Assembly: GCA_035269445.1 (NCBI GenBank)
Contig: DATFJC010000012.1
Location: 1 to 51,096 of the forward strand
Origin: Patescibacteria group bacterium
Lineage (GTDB): Bacteria; Patescibacteriota; Patescibacteriia; UBA2591; UBA6264
Direction of reading: 5' to 3'
Length of the DNA stretch: 51,096 bases
Below the pieces are notes generated by a model. The model searched no databases, had not been told where the DNA came from, and worked only from the letters and a program-made list of their open reading frames with translations. A program made the translations under genes and the position numbers. Positions 50,785 to 51,096 of the stretch are shown here, piece by piece. Every line of letters starts with the position of its first letter. Position 1 is the stretch's first letter.

Positions 50785-51096
50785 TTATAGTTTTGGAAAC
50801 AAAACCTTAATTTGTGAAATATTATTAAATTTAACCTTGCCTATTTTTTTGCTTTCAGTTAAAGATTTTTTCTTTTCATTAGATTCAATGCCAAGAGATT
50901 TAAAAATTTCAATTGCCTTATCTGGCATAAAAGGATAAATCATCCAACTTAAATGTCGAATAATTTCTAAAAGATGACTTATAATTTCCTGATATTTTTT
51001 TTCATCTTTAATAGTCCAGGGTTTTTTCTTTTCTATATATTTGTCAGCAAAGCCAGCTAAATCTAAAATAGTATTCTTTGCTTTTTGAAATTGAAG
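50785..51096 (-). CDS. metG: Methionine--tRNA ligase, C-terminal fragment (N-terminus beyond window end)
   Basis: Hand translation gives LQFQKAKNTILDLAGFADKYIEKKKPWTIKDEKKYQEIISHLLEIIRHLSWMIYPFMPDKAIEIFKSLGI...KVLFPKL then TAA at 50787..50785. The KPW...PFMP pattern matches the MetRS anticodon-binding domain. The frame is open for 103 codons to the window edge. Confidence 0.75.
   Translation of the reverse strand, partial: LQFQKAKNTILDLAGFADKYIEKKKPWTIKDEKKYQEIISHLLEIIRHLSWMIYPFMPDKAIEIFKSLGIESNEKKKSLTESKKIGKVKFNNISQIKVLFPKL

Noticed and set aside
40571-50810. Other shadow ORFs are 40571..40759, 43107..43355, 43443..43667, 45019..45207, 49697..49897 and 50406..50810.
   Set aside because: They overlap the small-protein/PspC, nrdD/intein, htrA and cvpA genes in other frames or on the antisense strand. 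They have low-complexity composition and no SD or promoter.
1-51096. An alternative genetic code (UGA reassigned, as in some CPR lineages) was considered.
   Set aside because: All conserved genes are full length under the standard code, adk ends naturally at TGA, and an RF2 gene with the UGA-dependent autoregulatory frameshift is present.

Overview
This is a visibly AT-rich, gene-dense, streamlined bacterial chromosome segment. All supported genes but one (the + strand GH13 amylase at 3117..5213) lie on the minus strand, many with overlapping or abutting stop/start codons. The content is mostly core information processing and envelope: ftsK (partial), rpoB-rpoC, murE/murC, scpAB, alaS, and a tuf-S10-spc ribosomal cluster through secY-adk-map. 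It also includes ndk, comEC, nrdDG, prfB, htrA, cvpA and metG (partial). L30 is missing between S5 and L15, several ribosomal proteins carry Lys-rich extensions, and the lifestyle genes are ComEC, anaerobic RNR and an anchored amylase. I read this as a Candidate Phyla Radiation (Parcubacteria-like) organism using the standard code. That placement is inference, since no database search was possible.

The most notable items are:
- a single ORF fusing a UPF0104/MprF-flippase-like membrane domain to a C-Ala-less alanyl-tRNA synthetase
- a 408-codon LAGLIDADG intein splitting the YTGG/TVFH motif of NrdD
- a prfB +1 frameshift site reading AUU-UGA-C instead of CUU-UGA-C
- a ComEC split by one in-frame TAA directly followed by ATG
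- two paralogous small proteins flanking a PspC-domain gene, each a self-contained promoter/SD/terminator cassette
- a HEAT-THUMP-methyltransferase fusion
- an orphan soluble coupling-protein-like ATPase with a CxxC-x17-CxxC tail

I saw no rRNA, tRNA, CRISPR array, transposase or obvious defence island. All family assignments rest on motifs read by eye.
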